A stretch of 64,000 nucleotides of DNA from the human T2T-CHM13v2.0 reference genome, Homo sapiens (GCF_009914755.1 NC_060925.1), one strand, 5' to 3'; counted from the first letter of the stretch, positions 1 to 14,667 are shown. Program-made: numbers and translations. The notes: a model not told the origin generated them from the letters alone.

Positions 1-1015
1 AAATCTCTAATCCCAGCTACTTGGGAGGCTGAGGCACAAAAATTGATCCAACCTGGGAGGCAGAGGGATGAGGTGAGCCCAGATTGCGCCACTGCACTCC
101 ATCCAGACTGGGTGACAGAGCAAGACCCTGTCTCAAAAAAACATAATAATTATTATTATTTAGGCCAATAATCTCCCAAAAGCATTGTTATGCTGCTTTG
201 TTTTGCTATTTTAGTTACTTATAGGTATAAGTTAACTTATAAGTTACTCATAGGTCATATATGTACATTGATATATTCATGTATCAGTTTCTGCAGTTTT
301 GAAAACAGTCCCTTAAAAACTTTGTCCACATTTTGCACATTCTCTGTCTTGGCAATGGAAAAAGATAATTTCAGGTTTGTATAAACTTTCTAACAAATTG
401 CATATAAATGGGAAGATATTAAGTGTTTTTGTGTTGTTTTCAACATTTTCAGAATGCACTGTGTGAACTGCATATGCATATTAGGTATGCATATTTGCAC
501 ATGCATACGTAATACTAGGATTCTAGAAACACCTTCCTTTTCGAGGAGGTACCTGAGTATGAATCACTAGACTACATACTGAATTTCAATCAGATCTAAT
601 TAAGATACATATTTATTTTGTACTTACTATATTACTATAGTAAGTATAATTATTATACTTAATATATTAAAATACTTAATATAAAGTATAAGTATAAAAT
701 ACTATTCATATTTAAATACTTACTATGTGCTAAGCATTGCTGTAGGCACTGAAGATAGAGACATTAATAGAAAGTAGTAAAGGTGAGGAAGTTCAGGAGA
801 TATCAGTAATCTGTATACTGCATAGGAGCTGAAAGTTATATACATCCTTCAGAAAGAAAACAAAATTGTCTCAAAGGAGAATATTGTTTTTTTTACAAAG
901 GAGGCACAGATTCCACACATATATATCAGAGGAAACTGCTATTTTGTTATTTTGGCTCATCATGGATTTTTTTGTTTTGTTTTGTTTTGTTTGTTTGTTT
1001 TGGGGTTTTTTTTGA

Positions 1016-1174
<159 letters not shown>

Positions 1175-3736
1175 TAGTAGAGATGGGGTTTCACCATGTT
1201 GGCCAGGCTGGTCTCAAACTCCTGACCTCGTGATCTGCCTGCCTTGGCCTCCCAAAGCGCTGGGAATACAGGCATGAGCCACTGCACCTGGCCTATCATG
1301 GATATATTTATGCTGCCTGCCTAAACTTCATTCCCTCTTCTGATAATAGAACTTGAATTTTCCTTTAGGAAACTACCCCTCCCCAGTTTTCAGTTCCCGT
1401 GCTTCCATTAGAGCTGATTGTACCTTTAGATTAAGGAAATGACCTATAACTAGGGCTGATTTTCAGTTGGTATATTGGCATGGTCACACCAGATGTATAG
1501 GTCTGACCTCATTCCTGATTGGACAATGTCCACATGTAATAAGTGTTAAATATTAGGGCATGACACTATCCTGCCTAATCAGAACATTGACTATAATTGG
1601 TTCAGGGATGGGCAAATGAACCAAGTCAAGACAATCAGACCCAGTTGGCACTAGTCATCACAGTGTGGCTTGAAAACCAATAAAGAGTTATTTTTTTTCC
1701 ATCATAAGCCTGAACTCACATGATAAAAACCTGCCTATGAATGAGTTAACACAGAGTGAGACTAACCTGAGAGACATGAAATGAGAATTTAGGTTCTGAT
1801 TACATCATTTGGACCATTGTTACAAGCCAGTAAATTCCCCTTTTCTGCTGAAGTCAGCTTAAGTTAGGTTTTCTGTCACTTGTAACTAAAGGATTTCTGA
1901 GCAATTAAAGTTTCCCACCAACAGTTGACAGCTTCCACTCTTGTCACTCTATAATTCATTCTGTATGTAGCAGCCAGTGTGATCGTTTTATACTTTTCTG
2001 TGAAGCATGTTTAAAAATAAATAGGAAACAGAGCATGTAACATCTCTGCCTAAAACCCTTTTATGGATTCCCATTACACTTAGAATAAACTAAACTACTT
2101 ACCATGCATGACCCATAAAAATCTAACTGCTCCTCCCTGATCTTTCCAGCTTCGCCTTACTCCTGTCTCCTCTTTACTTACTACCCTGCATCTAAGATGG
2201 CTTCCCTTTGAGTTTCTACAATACACCAAAATCTCCTACCTCAGAGATTTTGTTCCCTCTATCTGAAATACTCTTCTCTGGACCCTTTGGCTGGCTGGCT
2301 GCTCCTTCATGTTTTGGGTTCAGTTGTCACTTCCTTAAAAAGGGTTTCTTGGGCCGGGCACAGTGGCTCACAGCTGTAATCCCAGCACTTTGGGAGGCCG
2401 AGGTGGGTGGATCATAAGGTCAGGAGATCAAGACCATCCTGGCCAACACGGTGAAACCTTGTCTCTACTAAAAATACAAAAATTAGCTGGGCATAGTGGT
2501 GTGCGCCTGTCATCCCAGCACTTGGGAGGCTGAGGCAGGAGAATCACTTGAACCTGGGAGGGGGAGGTTGCAGTGAGCCGAGATCGCATCATTTCACTCC
2601 AGCCTGGGCGACAGAGCTAGACTCCGTCTCAAAAAAAGCGGGGGCTTTCTTGGACTACTCATTCTAAAGTGGATCCCCTTTGTTATCCTCTCATAGTTAC
2701 CCTTTTGTTTTCCTTCATAGCATTTATCATGTGTTATTAAGTATATATTTGTGAATATGGTCAACCAAATTTTGTTTAATGTTGTTTGTTTAATGTTGGA
2801 ATCCCTCACCAAACTTACATTCCACAAAGGCAGAGCCCATATCTGTTCTGTTCACCATCATATACCAAGTGCCTTACAGAATGCCTGGAACATAGTAGAC
2901 ACTCAACAAATATTCATTGAATGAATGAATGAATGACACTAGGCTTAGATACTAGCTTAAAATAACAGAAGAAGAATCCTAATTTCATTAAAAGTAGGAC
3001 CAGCTTTACAGACCAGTGGGAGATCCAGGCTACAGGGAGAACACATGGAATTCCAGAATCATGAACCATCTGGAAGGGGCTGAGGACACATATGAAGTAC
3101 AGTCTAAAGCTTCAGGATCAATTTTGGGAGCCAGATGTTCTTCATTTAACGGCAAAAGACCAGAGGATCAAGGTAACTGAAAAATACAGCACAGCCCAGA
3201 TCCAGAGAATGAACTGGGAGCTCTTACTTAGAAATAAGACTCAATCTCTGAAAGTTCCACTATACCTTCAAAGCTGTGCCAACCTAAATCTACCTGAAGT
3301 TTCTGTTTCTTTATTTGATATTCTAGGCAGAGTTAGAGCTAGAGAAAGAAAACTGTTTTCTGAGTTAGGTGGATCAAACCAATCTTTGGTTAACCATTTA
3401 AGTCACTCATTTCTTTGCACTTGGCTGTTTTATTTCCCCTGTTTCCTACCATAATTTCCATTTGAAATGTTTAAATTCTCTTTCGACTCTTTTTAGGAGA
3501 AAAGGTATGTTTTCCAACTATACTTCAGCCATCATGAGTTGGTGTCAGAGATCAGCTATAATGGCAGTGATAGCAAACTAGCTCAAGAACCTGGAGCTTT
3601 TGGGTAGGGAGATAGAATGAAAACCCAAAAGGAAACCTTCTTTCTTAGACTATACCTACATCAGATTTTCTCAGTGCTTTTTGTCTCTCCCTATAGTACC
3701 AGTTTAATGTCAAATAACTGCTCTTTCACTGATTAA

Positions 3737-4009
<273 letters not shown>

Positions 4010-4012
4010 TGA

Positions 4013-4105
<93 letters not shown>

Positions 4106-4364
4106 TAAGATTTCTAAGATAATTTTCCACAGTTTCAGGACTCAATGGATTTTATTTTCATTACAATGTAGCAAAAATAGTAAGCAACAGACTTTTATTG
4201 CTAATAATACTTAGTAAAAATGGAAATGTGTCAATGCTTTGCTTATTTCATGAAGTCAACACATTTGTTCACAATATGCTTTGCTGTGACTATTTTCAAA
4301 GAAAATACATCTGAGGTTAGACTGCTGGAAATTTTAAATAATCCAATTGTATGACAGCATCTTA

Positions 4365-4559
<195 letters not shown>

Positions 4560-4815
4560 CTAATTATTATTCTTGTGTATTAAACAGAAGACTTCTCATC
4601 GCCTACTCCCTGCCCAATATTAGTATTGTGAAGCCTAGCAAAAAAAAAAAAAAAAAAAAAAAGGAGGCCTATGGGTGATTGTTCTGATTCATAGGACCCT
4701 ATGGAGGCTCTGTTTAGGAATAATATTGTTAATCTTTTCACAATATTGGTTGGTTATATAAATAAAAATTACAAAATTGAGAAAACGATATTTTTAAACA
4801 TAAGTACCAACTTAC

Positions 4816-4846
4816 TCTTTTTCATGTTTCGCAAAATTTTCAAACT
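4816..4846 (-). CDS. PTPN22: PTPN22 exon 19 (SLKILRNMKK); exons 20-21 lie left of the window
   Basis: 31 nt; TAG acceptor, GTAAGT donor; cumulative CDS 2281 nt, no stop reached. Confidence 0.93.
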
Positions 4847-5363
4847 CTACAAAAGAAAGGAAAAATGTTAGTTTTTTTTCCTGTGAAACTTGAAATACTT
4901 TAATCAAATAGAAATATAGACTTAAGTGAAAAGAATTTAATTTCCTTAAAAATAGCCATGAAAATGTACAAAGTTGTTTTTCCATCTTGCCATTTTTAAT
5001 TCAGTGCAAAACCTCTACTTGATTTTATCTTGCTATTTATATCACCCATGCAAGTATCACACTACATATTTTGAAATAATAGTATCAGAGGCTGAGCACA
5101 GTGGCTCACACCTGTAATCCCGGCACTTTGAGAGGCCAAGGCAGGAGGATTGTTTGAGCTCAGGAGTTCAGGACCATCTTAGGCAACATAGCAAGACCCC
5201 TGTCCCTACAAAAAGTAAAAAAAATATTAGCTGAATGTGGTAGCAGCTACTAGGGAGGCTGAGGCGGGAGGTCTGCTTGATCCCAGGAGTTCAAGGCTAC
5301 AGTGAGCTCTGATCCCACCACTGCATTCCAGCCTGGGCGACAGAGTGAGAACATGTCTTTTAA

Positions 5364-5567
<204 letters not shown>

Positions 5568-6016
5568 TAGTAGAGACAGGGTTTCACCATATTGGCCAGG
5601 CTGGTCTCAAACTCCTGACCTTGTGACCTACCTGCCTTGGCCTTCCAAAGTGCTGGGATTACAGGCGTGAGCCACCGTGGCCAGCCAATAAATTTTTTTT
5701 TAATTATGCTATCAGAATATTGACGGGGAGCAGTGGAGTGCTGGCAAGGTGGCTCATGCCTGTAATTCCAGCACTTTGGGAGGCTCAAGTGGGAGGTTCC
5801 CTTGAGGCCAGGGAGTTCAAGACCAGACTGGGCAACATGGTGAGACCCCATCCCTACCAAAAATTTTAAAAAGCCAGGCATGGTGGTGCAGACCTGTGTT
5901 CCCAGCCACTCGAAAGGCTGATGCAGGAGGATCACTTGAGTCCAGGAGGTCAAGGCTGCAGTCAGCCATATTTATGCCACTGCACTCTAGCATGGGCAAC
6001 AGAGCAAGACCCTGTC

Positions 6017-6120
6017 TAAAAAAGAAAGAAAGAGAAAGAGAGAGACAGAGGAAGGGAAGTGAAGGGAGAAGGGGAAGGGAAGGGAAGGGAAGGGAAGGGA
6101 AGGGAAGGGAAGGGAAGGGA
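6017..6120 (+). repeat. Polypurine tract ending in (GGGAA)n
   Basis: near-pure A/G run with tandem GGGAA units. Confidence 0.9.
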
Positions 6121-6142
6121 CTCAGAGGGGTAGAGGGGATGA

Positions 6143-6641
<499 letters not shown>

Positions 6642-8894
6642 TGGAGTCTCTAATTTATCTCTTCAAGGAACCTACCCAAATTTCTTCTTTACTCCACATT
6701 TCTTCAGCATGTATGTTTTTAATCTGCTTCAGGCATTTTATTCTTCTTGATAATTTTCATGTTTCTCAAAGGTGTTCTGTTCCAGCAGATTAACTATACT
6801 ATTTTCAAGGGCAAATAGTTATCCTTTATGACATTTCTGTTTTCCTAACACCTAACAGAAATGTGCTCTTCCATGGAATAGATATTTAATACATTATTTA
6901 TTTGTAACATTTTTAGTTATTTTTTAAAAAATAGATGATTTATTTACAAGTCAGGAAATCCTAGTAAAAATGCTCCCATCCTTGTCTTCAATCTACTACT
7001 CAGTTTCTAATGCTCCTCCTGTAGATAACCACTGTTAGTTTTTTATCCTCTGTTGTTAGTATCCTTCCAGTGTTACTTATGAATATATAAGTAAATACAC
7101 ATATGTATCATATTCCTTTTTTTAAGTAAAAGTTAATAAATTATATATAAATATATTGAGAAAGTCCTAATTCTTTTTTAGCTGCACAGTATTCCATTTG
7201 TATGGATATAACATGATTTATGATTTATTTAATCAGTTCCCCTAACAATTAACACTATTAATTATGTTGTTTCCAGTAATCTGCTCTTACAGATAATGCT
7301 GCAATGAATACTTGGTATACATGTCATTTCATGTGTATGCAAGCATATTTGTAGGATAAATTTCACTTCTAGTGGCTCACACCTGTAATCCCAGCACTTT
7401 GGGAGGCCAAGGCAGGAGGATCGCTTGAGTCTAGAAGTTGGCAACATAGGGAGACCCCATCCTAGACAACATAGCAAGACCCCATCTCTAATTTAAAAAA
7501 AAAATTGTAAAAAGAAGTTGTACCACTTGACATTCTCACCAACAACATTGAGTGTGCTTATTTCCCCATAGCCTCCCTAACAGAGAGTGTAATCAAACTT
7601 TTGGAATTTACCATTCTGATGGATGAAAAGCAATATGTCACTGTGGTTTTAATTTGTAATTTTTTCATTATGAATGAAATTGAACATATCAAATATATAA
7701 AGGGCATACCATGCTCATTTATTTTCTTCAAACCATCTGATCACCTATTTTTGCCCATTTTTATTTGGGGGTTATTATTTTCTATGAATTTCTAACAGTT
7801 CTTTATCTATTAGAGTAATAACCCCTTTGGCTGTGGTGCCAGTTGCAGATTTTTTTCCTCCAATTTGTTCTTTGTCTTTTGATTTTTAAGGTGATTGTTT
7901 TACCATGCATACATTTTCTCTTTTATTTAGCTGAATTTATCTATCTCTTTTCTTATGGCCTCCGGATTTTGAGTAAGTTATAAAGGTCATTCACACTCCC
8001 AGGTTGTAAAAGACTCTTTCCAAGTTTCTTTAGGTCTTCTATGGATTGAGGTTTTTGTTTTTGTTTTTTTAACATTTTAATCATTTAGCCACTTAGAATT
8101 TATCCTAGTATAGATGTAAGGAATAGACCCTGCTTTTTTTCAGGTGGTTATTTGATCCAACAACAGTTATTAAACCATCCATCTTTATCCCCTGATTTTG
8201 AGATACCACCTTCATTGTATACTAAATTTCTACATATATTTGGATCTATTTCAGAACTTTCCCTTTTACTCTGCTCGTATATGTTTCTTTTTATACACTA
8301 ATATGCCATTTTATATTTATATTTAAATTTTTGAGATGACGTCTCACTCTGTCACCCAGGCTGGAGTACAGTGGCATAATCTCTGCAGTCTCCACCTTCC
8401 AGGCTCGACCAATCCTCCCACCTCAGCCTCCTGAGTAGCTGGGACTGCAGGCACACAGCACCATGCCCGGCTAATTTTTTGTATTTTTGGTAGAGACGGG
8501 GTTTTGCCATGTTGCCCAGGCTGGTCTCGAATCCTGAGCTCAAGTGATCTGCCCGCCTTGGCCTCCCAAAGGCTGGGATTACAGGCATGAGCCACCATGC
8601 TGGGCCTATCATGCCATTTTAATTGAGGCTTTGCCATATTCGAATATCTGCTAAGGTGACTCTCTTTCATTGCTTTTCTTTTTATTTATTTTTATTTTTA
8701 AAAATTATTTTAGAAAGACATTTATCTAAACTATTTTTATTTATTATTTATTTGCAGGTTTCTGACTAGTCCTGCTTCCCCCTACTCCCATGTGAACTTT
8801 GAATTCAGTTTATCTAGTTCCAGAAATAAACAAGTTGGTAGTTTCCTTGGGCATCTTTTACATTTATAAATCAACCTTAGGGAGAAGTGGATTT

Positions 8895-9072
8895 TTTTTT
8901 TCTTCATTTATTTTTATTTTTATTTTTTAATTTTTATTTTAGGTTCAGGGGTATGTGTGCCAGTTTGTTATGTAGGTAAACTGTGTGTCACAAGGGTTTG
9001 CTGTACAGATAATTTTGTCACCCAGGTAATAAGCATAGTACCCAATAGGTATTTTTTCTGGTCCTCTCCCTC
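8895..9072 (-). mobile_element. Older L1PA 3' end fragment
   Basis: GGTTCAGGGGTATGTGTGC...GTCACCCAGGTAATAAGCATAGTACCCAATAGG hallmark. Confidence 0.75.
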
Positions 9073-9263
9073 TGACAAATGCCTCTTTAAGTTGTATTTT
9101 TTCTTCTTTTTCGTTTCCTTCTATTAATTTTGACTGTTATAATATCAACAATTAGTTTTAATAAAGATATTTAATCTAATTTTCCATCTTAATGCTGGGG
9201 AGGGGGAAACTTTCAGTAAGGGAAAGTTTCCGGCATGTTTCCCAAAACTCTTATCTTCTTTAC

Positions 9264-9379
9264 CTTACTCCTTGTGAAACTTTTTCCAGGAGTCTTCAGT
9301 GTCTGTTTTGAAGATGTTGAATTTTCCATGGTGTCAGGATAGCTAGTAGAATATGTTTCTATAGATTGGGCCTGCATAC
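9264..9379 (-). CDS. PTPN22: PTPN22 exon 18 ([39 protein letters not shown])
   Basis: 116 nt; poly-T + AAG acceptor; AAG|GTAAAG donor. Confidence 0.95.
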
Positions 9380-9619
9380 CTTAAAAAAAAAAAGGAGAAA
9401 AACATGTTCCATTGCATACCTTCTTAAGCCTTCATGTTACATATAATAAATTGTTAGCTTGGCTTTTTTAGGCATTATTTTGACTATATATTAGGGGCTT
9501 TTAAAATGTATTCTTTTGTGTAATCATTTTTGTACCTTTCCATTTAGGTCCTACTTTATTGTTAATCTTTTAACATTTTCATTTTTATGATTTTTTTGAG
9601 AGAAAGTGCTACCACTTAC

Positions 9620-9700
9620 AATCTTCATCGGCAAGAAAGAAGGACTCTAGAGTTCTTTCTGGGAGAGGAGGTGGGGGAGAAGAACGATCTTGATGTAGTT
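9620..9700 (-). CDS. PTPN22: PTPN22 exon 17 (P2 motif [26 protein letters not shown])
   Basis: 81 nt; PPPPLPERT motif; AG/GT boundaries. Confidence 0.97.
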
Positions 9701-11820
9701 CTGTGATAAGAAAGTATACAATAAACCAGAGAAATCCATCAATTAAAAGTCATAAGTCAACACCCTTTTCTCTTTGTATAATTTTTTAATCAATCAATCT
9801 TAGCCGACAATCACCAAATAAAATATTATCTGAAAAATGACTGGAGCCTCAAGAACTTTGTTTTTCTACCTCGTTAGCCTATGAGCCTATGATTCATCAA
9901 AAATGTATAGCTCACTTCAGAAGTATTCTCCCAAAGACACTGAAACCGAATATAATCAAGCTTCTAGATCTAACACCCATTTTGCATGAAATATTGGGCA
10001 TAGAGGATGTTAAATAAAACCATTGTGATACAATTAGCCAAATCTAGAAGACTAAGCAGTCTTTTAAGACAAATGACCCACTCTCTTCAACAAATAAATG
10101 ATGTGAAAAGTATAGAAAGGAGAACGGTTATATATTTAAAAAGAAAATATTAAAAAAAGAAGGGAGAACTGTTACAGATTTCAAAAGACAGATTTAAGAA
10201 GACAAACATACAAATCAAATGAAATGCTTAGATTTTGTTTGAATCCAGATTTGAATAAACCAACTGTAAAAAGACATTTTTGAGACAATTGAAAACTGAA
10301 CAGTCTGGATATTAGTTACTATTAAGGAATTATTATTAATTTTATTGGTGTGATAAGGTAGGTTTTAAATGTGTGTTTGAAATTTTCCATGATGAAGATT
10401 TTCAGTAATGGACATATTTTCCCATGATGTAAATTTCTGAAGATACAGATGGTATTCTACTGACATAAGCATTTAATTATATGGTGCTGAGTATTACTAT
10501 TATATTAATTCCTTTTGAAAATGAAAATGCAGTAAAGTACAAGAGGTTCACGTGTCATTGGTCATTGGGTTTGTTTAGTCCTTAGAATTTGTCTTATCAA
10601 TAAATTGTCTTATTTCTTACATGCTAGGTAATACACACAAGTGTAGTACTTATTTCTAGCACCTAATAAAATAACTGGCATACAGTAGGCATTTAATAAA
10701 TACTTAATAACTACTCTGAAGTAGTTCATCATCTTCCAGTTTGCTGTTAGGGAATATTCTGAAAACTAAAGTTGTTCGTTAACAGTATTCTAGTAATTAT
10801 TTCCCTAAAATTCCATTTCATCTTAATACTCCCCTAACAAAGAACCCATAATGCCTGTTACTTACTACATTAAATCTAAATTCCTCTGCCTAACTTTGGG
10901 TGTAAATTCCTCTGCCTAACTTTGGGTAGTAAAATACACATAAGATTTGCCATTAGTGACATTTAGCACATTCACAGTATTGTACAACCATCACCACAAT
11001 TTAGTTCCAGAATACTTTTTATCACCCTAGAAGGAAACTCTGCACCCATTAAGTCATCACTCCTTATTTTCCTCTTTCCCCCAGCCCCTGGCAATCACTA
11101 ATCTGCTTCTATCTTTATGGATCTGTCTATTCTGGATATTTCATGTGACTAGCTTTTTTAAGTCCTTCAGAATCTTGCCCCACATCTTATTTACCCAAAT
11201 TTATTTTCTGTATTTCACAAACTAGAATATCTATTGCAAAAAAAAAATAGCCTACTCACCATTTCTCCATACACATCATGCTCATTTCTACCTTTGAGTC
11301 ATTGGTAGGCTGATCCCTGCTGCTGGAATTCCCTCCTTTTTTCTCTCTGTCTATACAAATTATTTAAAGTTCTTTCTTCCACTCAGCGAAACCTTTCCTA
11401 ACCACTCCAGTAATGCCATCCTGTTTTCCCAGACTCCTGGTGATTACAGTCAGTGCCACACAGATTATCACTTAGTGGTTCCATGTGAGTATTAATTTTA
11501 TCTACTCTATTTGAATATAAGCATTAAGTAGTACTCTTTCTCATACATCCTGCCTATTCTAACCCTGTGTAAGGTGCACAGAAGTTGCTTAGTAAAATGC
11601 TTATTTAATGATTAATAAAAATTATAATCGATAATATTTAATGAGGACTTATTTGACAAGTACTACGCTAAAAGCTTTACGACATTATTGTATTTAATCC
11701 TCATAAAAATTATCTAAGGGATTCTATTCTTCTTTTATAAATGAGAAAAATAGAAGGAGAAAGTATGTAATTTAACCAAGTTTATGCATGTTGATAATTC
11801 TTCATAGACCAGGGATTTGA

Positions 11821-12132
<312 letters not shown>

Positions 12133-12784
12133 TGAGCCACTGCGCCTGGCCTGTTGTCATGTTTTTTAGAGACAGCATCTTGCTCTGTCATACAGGCTGG
12201 GTGCAGTGGTGCCATTATAGCTCACTGCAGCCTCAAATTCCTGGCAAAGCCCATGTTTTTTAACCTTTATATTATCTGTATATGTATTTGAATAATATGA
12301 CAGTATGAATAAATATGTTAAGGGCAACTACCACTTGTGATAATGTAAACAAAGTACCTGGAAGTGCCCAATAAATGTTAGTTTTTGTTCTTCAATGCAT
12401 GAAACAGGCAAAGCTCAGACAAGTACTGGAGAGGCAACAGCAAATTAAAGAATTAAGTGGCCAGAAATAATTTTTTGAATCACACTGTTAACAGTGGGAA
12501 AATCTCTATAGTGGAAAAGCTGCAAAGTTTTAAAAGATTCTCTCTGAAATAGTTTTTATATATTATTTCAGAGAGGTTATATATTAAGGAGCAGAATTCT
12601 AAAATCCTGTCTTCACCTTGCTCTTTACAAAATTTCTAGTCTGGGAAAGCCAGAAATAAATCAATGAATACTGGAAGCTATTATGGGAACCAAGTAACTT
12701 CCTGAAGTGAATTACTCTAAACTTAACGAACCATTCTTCCAATCTTAGGGCTAAATGTCATCTAAAGCCAAGAGAAATTTTTAC

Positions 12785-12812
12785 CTGATTTAGGACTTCG
12801 GAGTTTTACACT
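12785..12812 (-). CDS. PTPN22: PTPN22 exon 16 (SVKLRSPKS), 28-nt exon
   Basis: long pyrimidine tract + TAG acceptor; CAG|GTAAAA donor; frame-consistent. Confidence 0.94.
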
Positions 12813-13982
12813 CTAAAAGAAAAAAAGAAAGGAAAAGTGAAAGAAGAATATGTATACAAATTATACAAACTCAAAGCAAAAAATGGCATTTTTGAACTTA
12901 TATGTAATATAGCTGTAGAGATAATTATGAAATGTAGACCCTATTTTTCCTAATTTGTAAGTGTGCTGAATTATGAAATGGCATCTTTCACTCTTACACT
13001 GATTTTTATATCCCATGGCAATTAGTCCTAAATTGATCCCCTTCTGACTTATTTCTGTCCCACCTGAAACATTTCCCTGAAAATTTAATTAGAGGTAAGT
13101 TGCGGAAATTGAAGTTACTTCATAACATTGGAAGAGTGACTGTTCTTTCCTCTGGGAGTTGTTAAAGTAAATATATGTGCCTATTATTAATGACAATAAT
13201 AATTACTAGTACATTAGAATTATAATTTAAAAGGCAGAGAATATTTGCCTATCAGCATTGCAATTGTAGGTACTTTAAAATGTTTAATTATTTTTCTGAT
13301 CTCTCAAATTTTAAGAGAATTGGTTCACAGACTATACAGAAATGCATAACATTTTTAGATACACTTCTATTTTTCCTCCAGAAGCAGGACACACCTACTT
13401 TCAATAATTATTTTCTATTTAATCCACAAACCCCTCCCACCCCCATCTCTGACTTTACCATCAACCACACTATTCCAAAAGGTTTATCTTAAGTAATATG
13501 CACACCTGTCATTCTCTATAACATATTATCACAGCAAACATGATATAGCCTACCAAATGACTACAGTGAACAAGCTTCCTACTTAAGTATGAAACATTTA
13601 TTTTTGCCTTAACTATCCTTCAAGAATCAGCTCAAATGTTTCCTCTTTCACTAAATCTTCCTTGATCACTTCCAACCTGGAGGCATCTCCTACACTTGAA
13701 ATTCTTTATCTTTCATATGACATTGATCACATTTGCTTTGTTATAATAAATATAGGCAAAAATAAAGATTTGTACACATCCTATATCTCTACTACTAGAC
13801 AAGAAGCTTCTTACAGGCAAGAATTGTGTCTTATACATCCTTTTTATCCCAACATCCTCTAGCACATTGTTCTATATTTAGTATGTGCTTAGGATTTATT
13901 GAATGATGGGTGTTAAAAATACAAGGAGTAGAACTGTAGTCTATTGAATCTAAATGAGTAGAGTCATTAAAAAATTATTGAC

Positions 13983-14113
13983 CTTGCTTGGTCTAAGTAT
14001 CACAGAGTCATCAAATTTCTTTGGTTCAGATGTTCCACCCCATTCCAGTGATGTTCCAATTTTTACCTTCACAGCTGAGGATAAGGATTTGGGAACATTT
14101 GGTGAGAATTCTC
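13983..14113 (-). CDS. PTPN22: PTPN22 exon 15 (EFSPNVPKSLSSAVKVKIGTSLEWGGTSEPKKFDDSVILRPSK)
   Basis: 131 nt; CAG acceptor, AAG|GTCAAT donor; frame-consistent. Confidence 0.94.
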
Positions 14114-14245
14114 CTGGAAGAAAGTGAATATAGTTCGGTTCTTAGGAATAGTATTCTTTTAGACATCAAATGTTGCTCAGCAAATAATACATAAAACATT
14201 GAAAGGACCTGAGAAGTAATCTAGTTAATTCACACTTCATTTTAT

Positions 14246-14548
14246 TTTTTGAGACAGGGTCTTGCTCTGTCACCCAGACTGGAGTGCAGTGGCACAATCA
14301 TGGCTTACTGCAGCCCCCAACTCCTGGGCTCAAGTGATCCTCTCACCTCCACCATCCAAATAGTTGGGACTACACATGCATGCTGCTATTGCTCTGCTAA
14401 ATTAAAAAAAAAAAATTAGAGATGAGGTCTCACTATGTTGCGCAGGCTAGTCTTGAACTCCTGGCCTCAATGAACTCCTCAAACTCAAGGCTCACACATC
14501 AGCTTCCCAAAGTGCTGGAATTAAAGGCATGAGCCACCATGCCCATCC
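14246..14548 (-). mobile_element. AluJ-type element filling most of the 470-nt intron 14
   Basis: diverged Alu; TSD CACACTTYATTTTAT at 14231-14245 and 14549-14563. Confidence 0.85.
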
Positions 14549-14583
14549 CACACTTTATTTTATACTTACTGAACTGTACTCAC

Positions 14584-14667
14584 CAGCTTCCTCAACCACA
14601 ATAAATGATTCAGGTGTCCGTACAGGAAGTGGAGGGGGGATTTCATCATCTATCCTTGGAGCAGTTG
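14584..14667 (-). CDS. PTPN22: PTPN22 exon 14 (P1 proline-rich CSK-SH3-binding motif [15 protein letters not shown]; Arg620)
   Basis: 84 nt; c.1858 falls at 14620 (G on +, codon CGG). Confidence 0.98.

Noticed and set aside
469-508. TGCATATGCA / ATGCAT cluster resembling POU (octamer/MORE) sites
   Set aside because: Imperfect matches in low-complexity AT-rich sequence; no supporting context.
4639-4662. Orphan poly(A)24 near exon 19 as a retro-insertion remnant
   Set aside because: No element body and no convincing target-site duplication; treated as a simple homopolymer.
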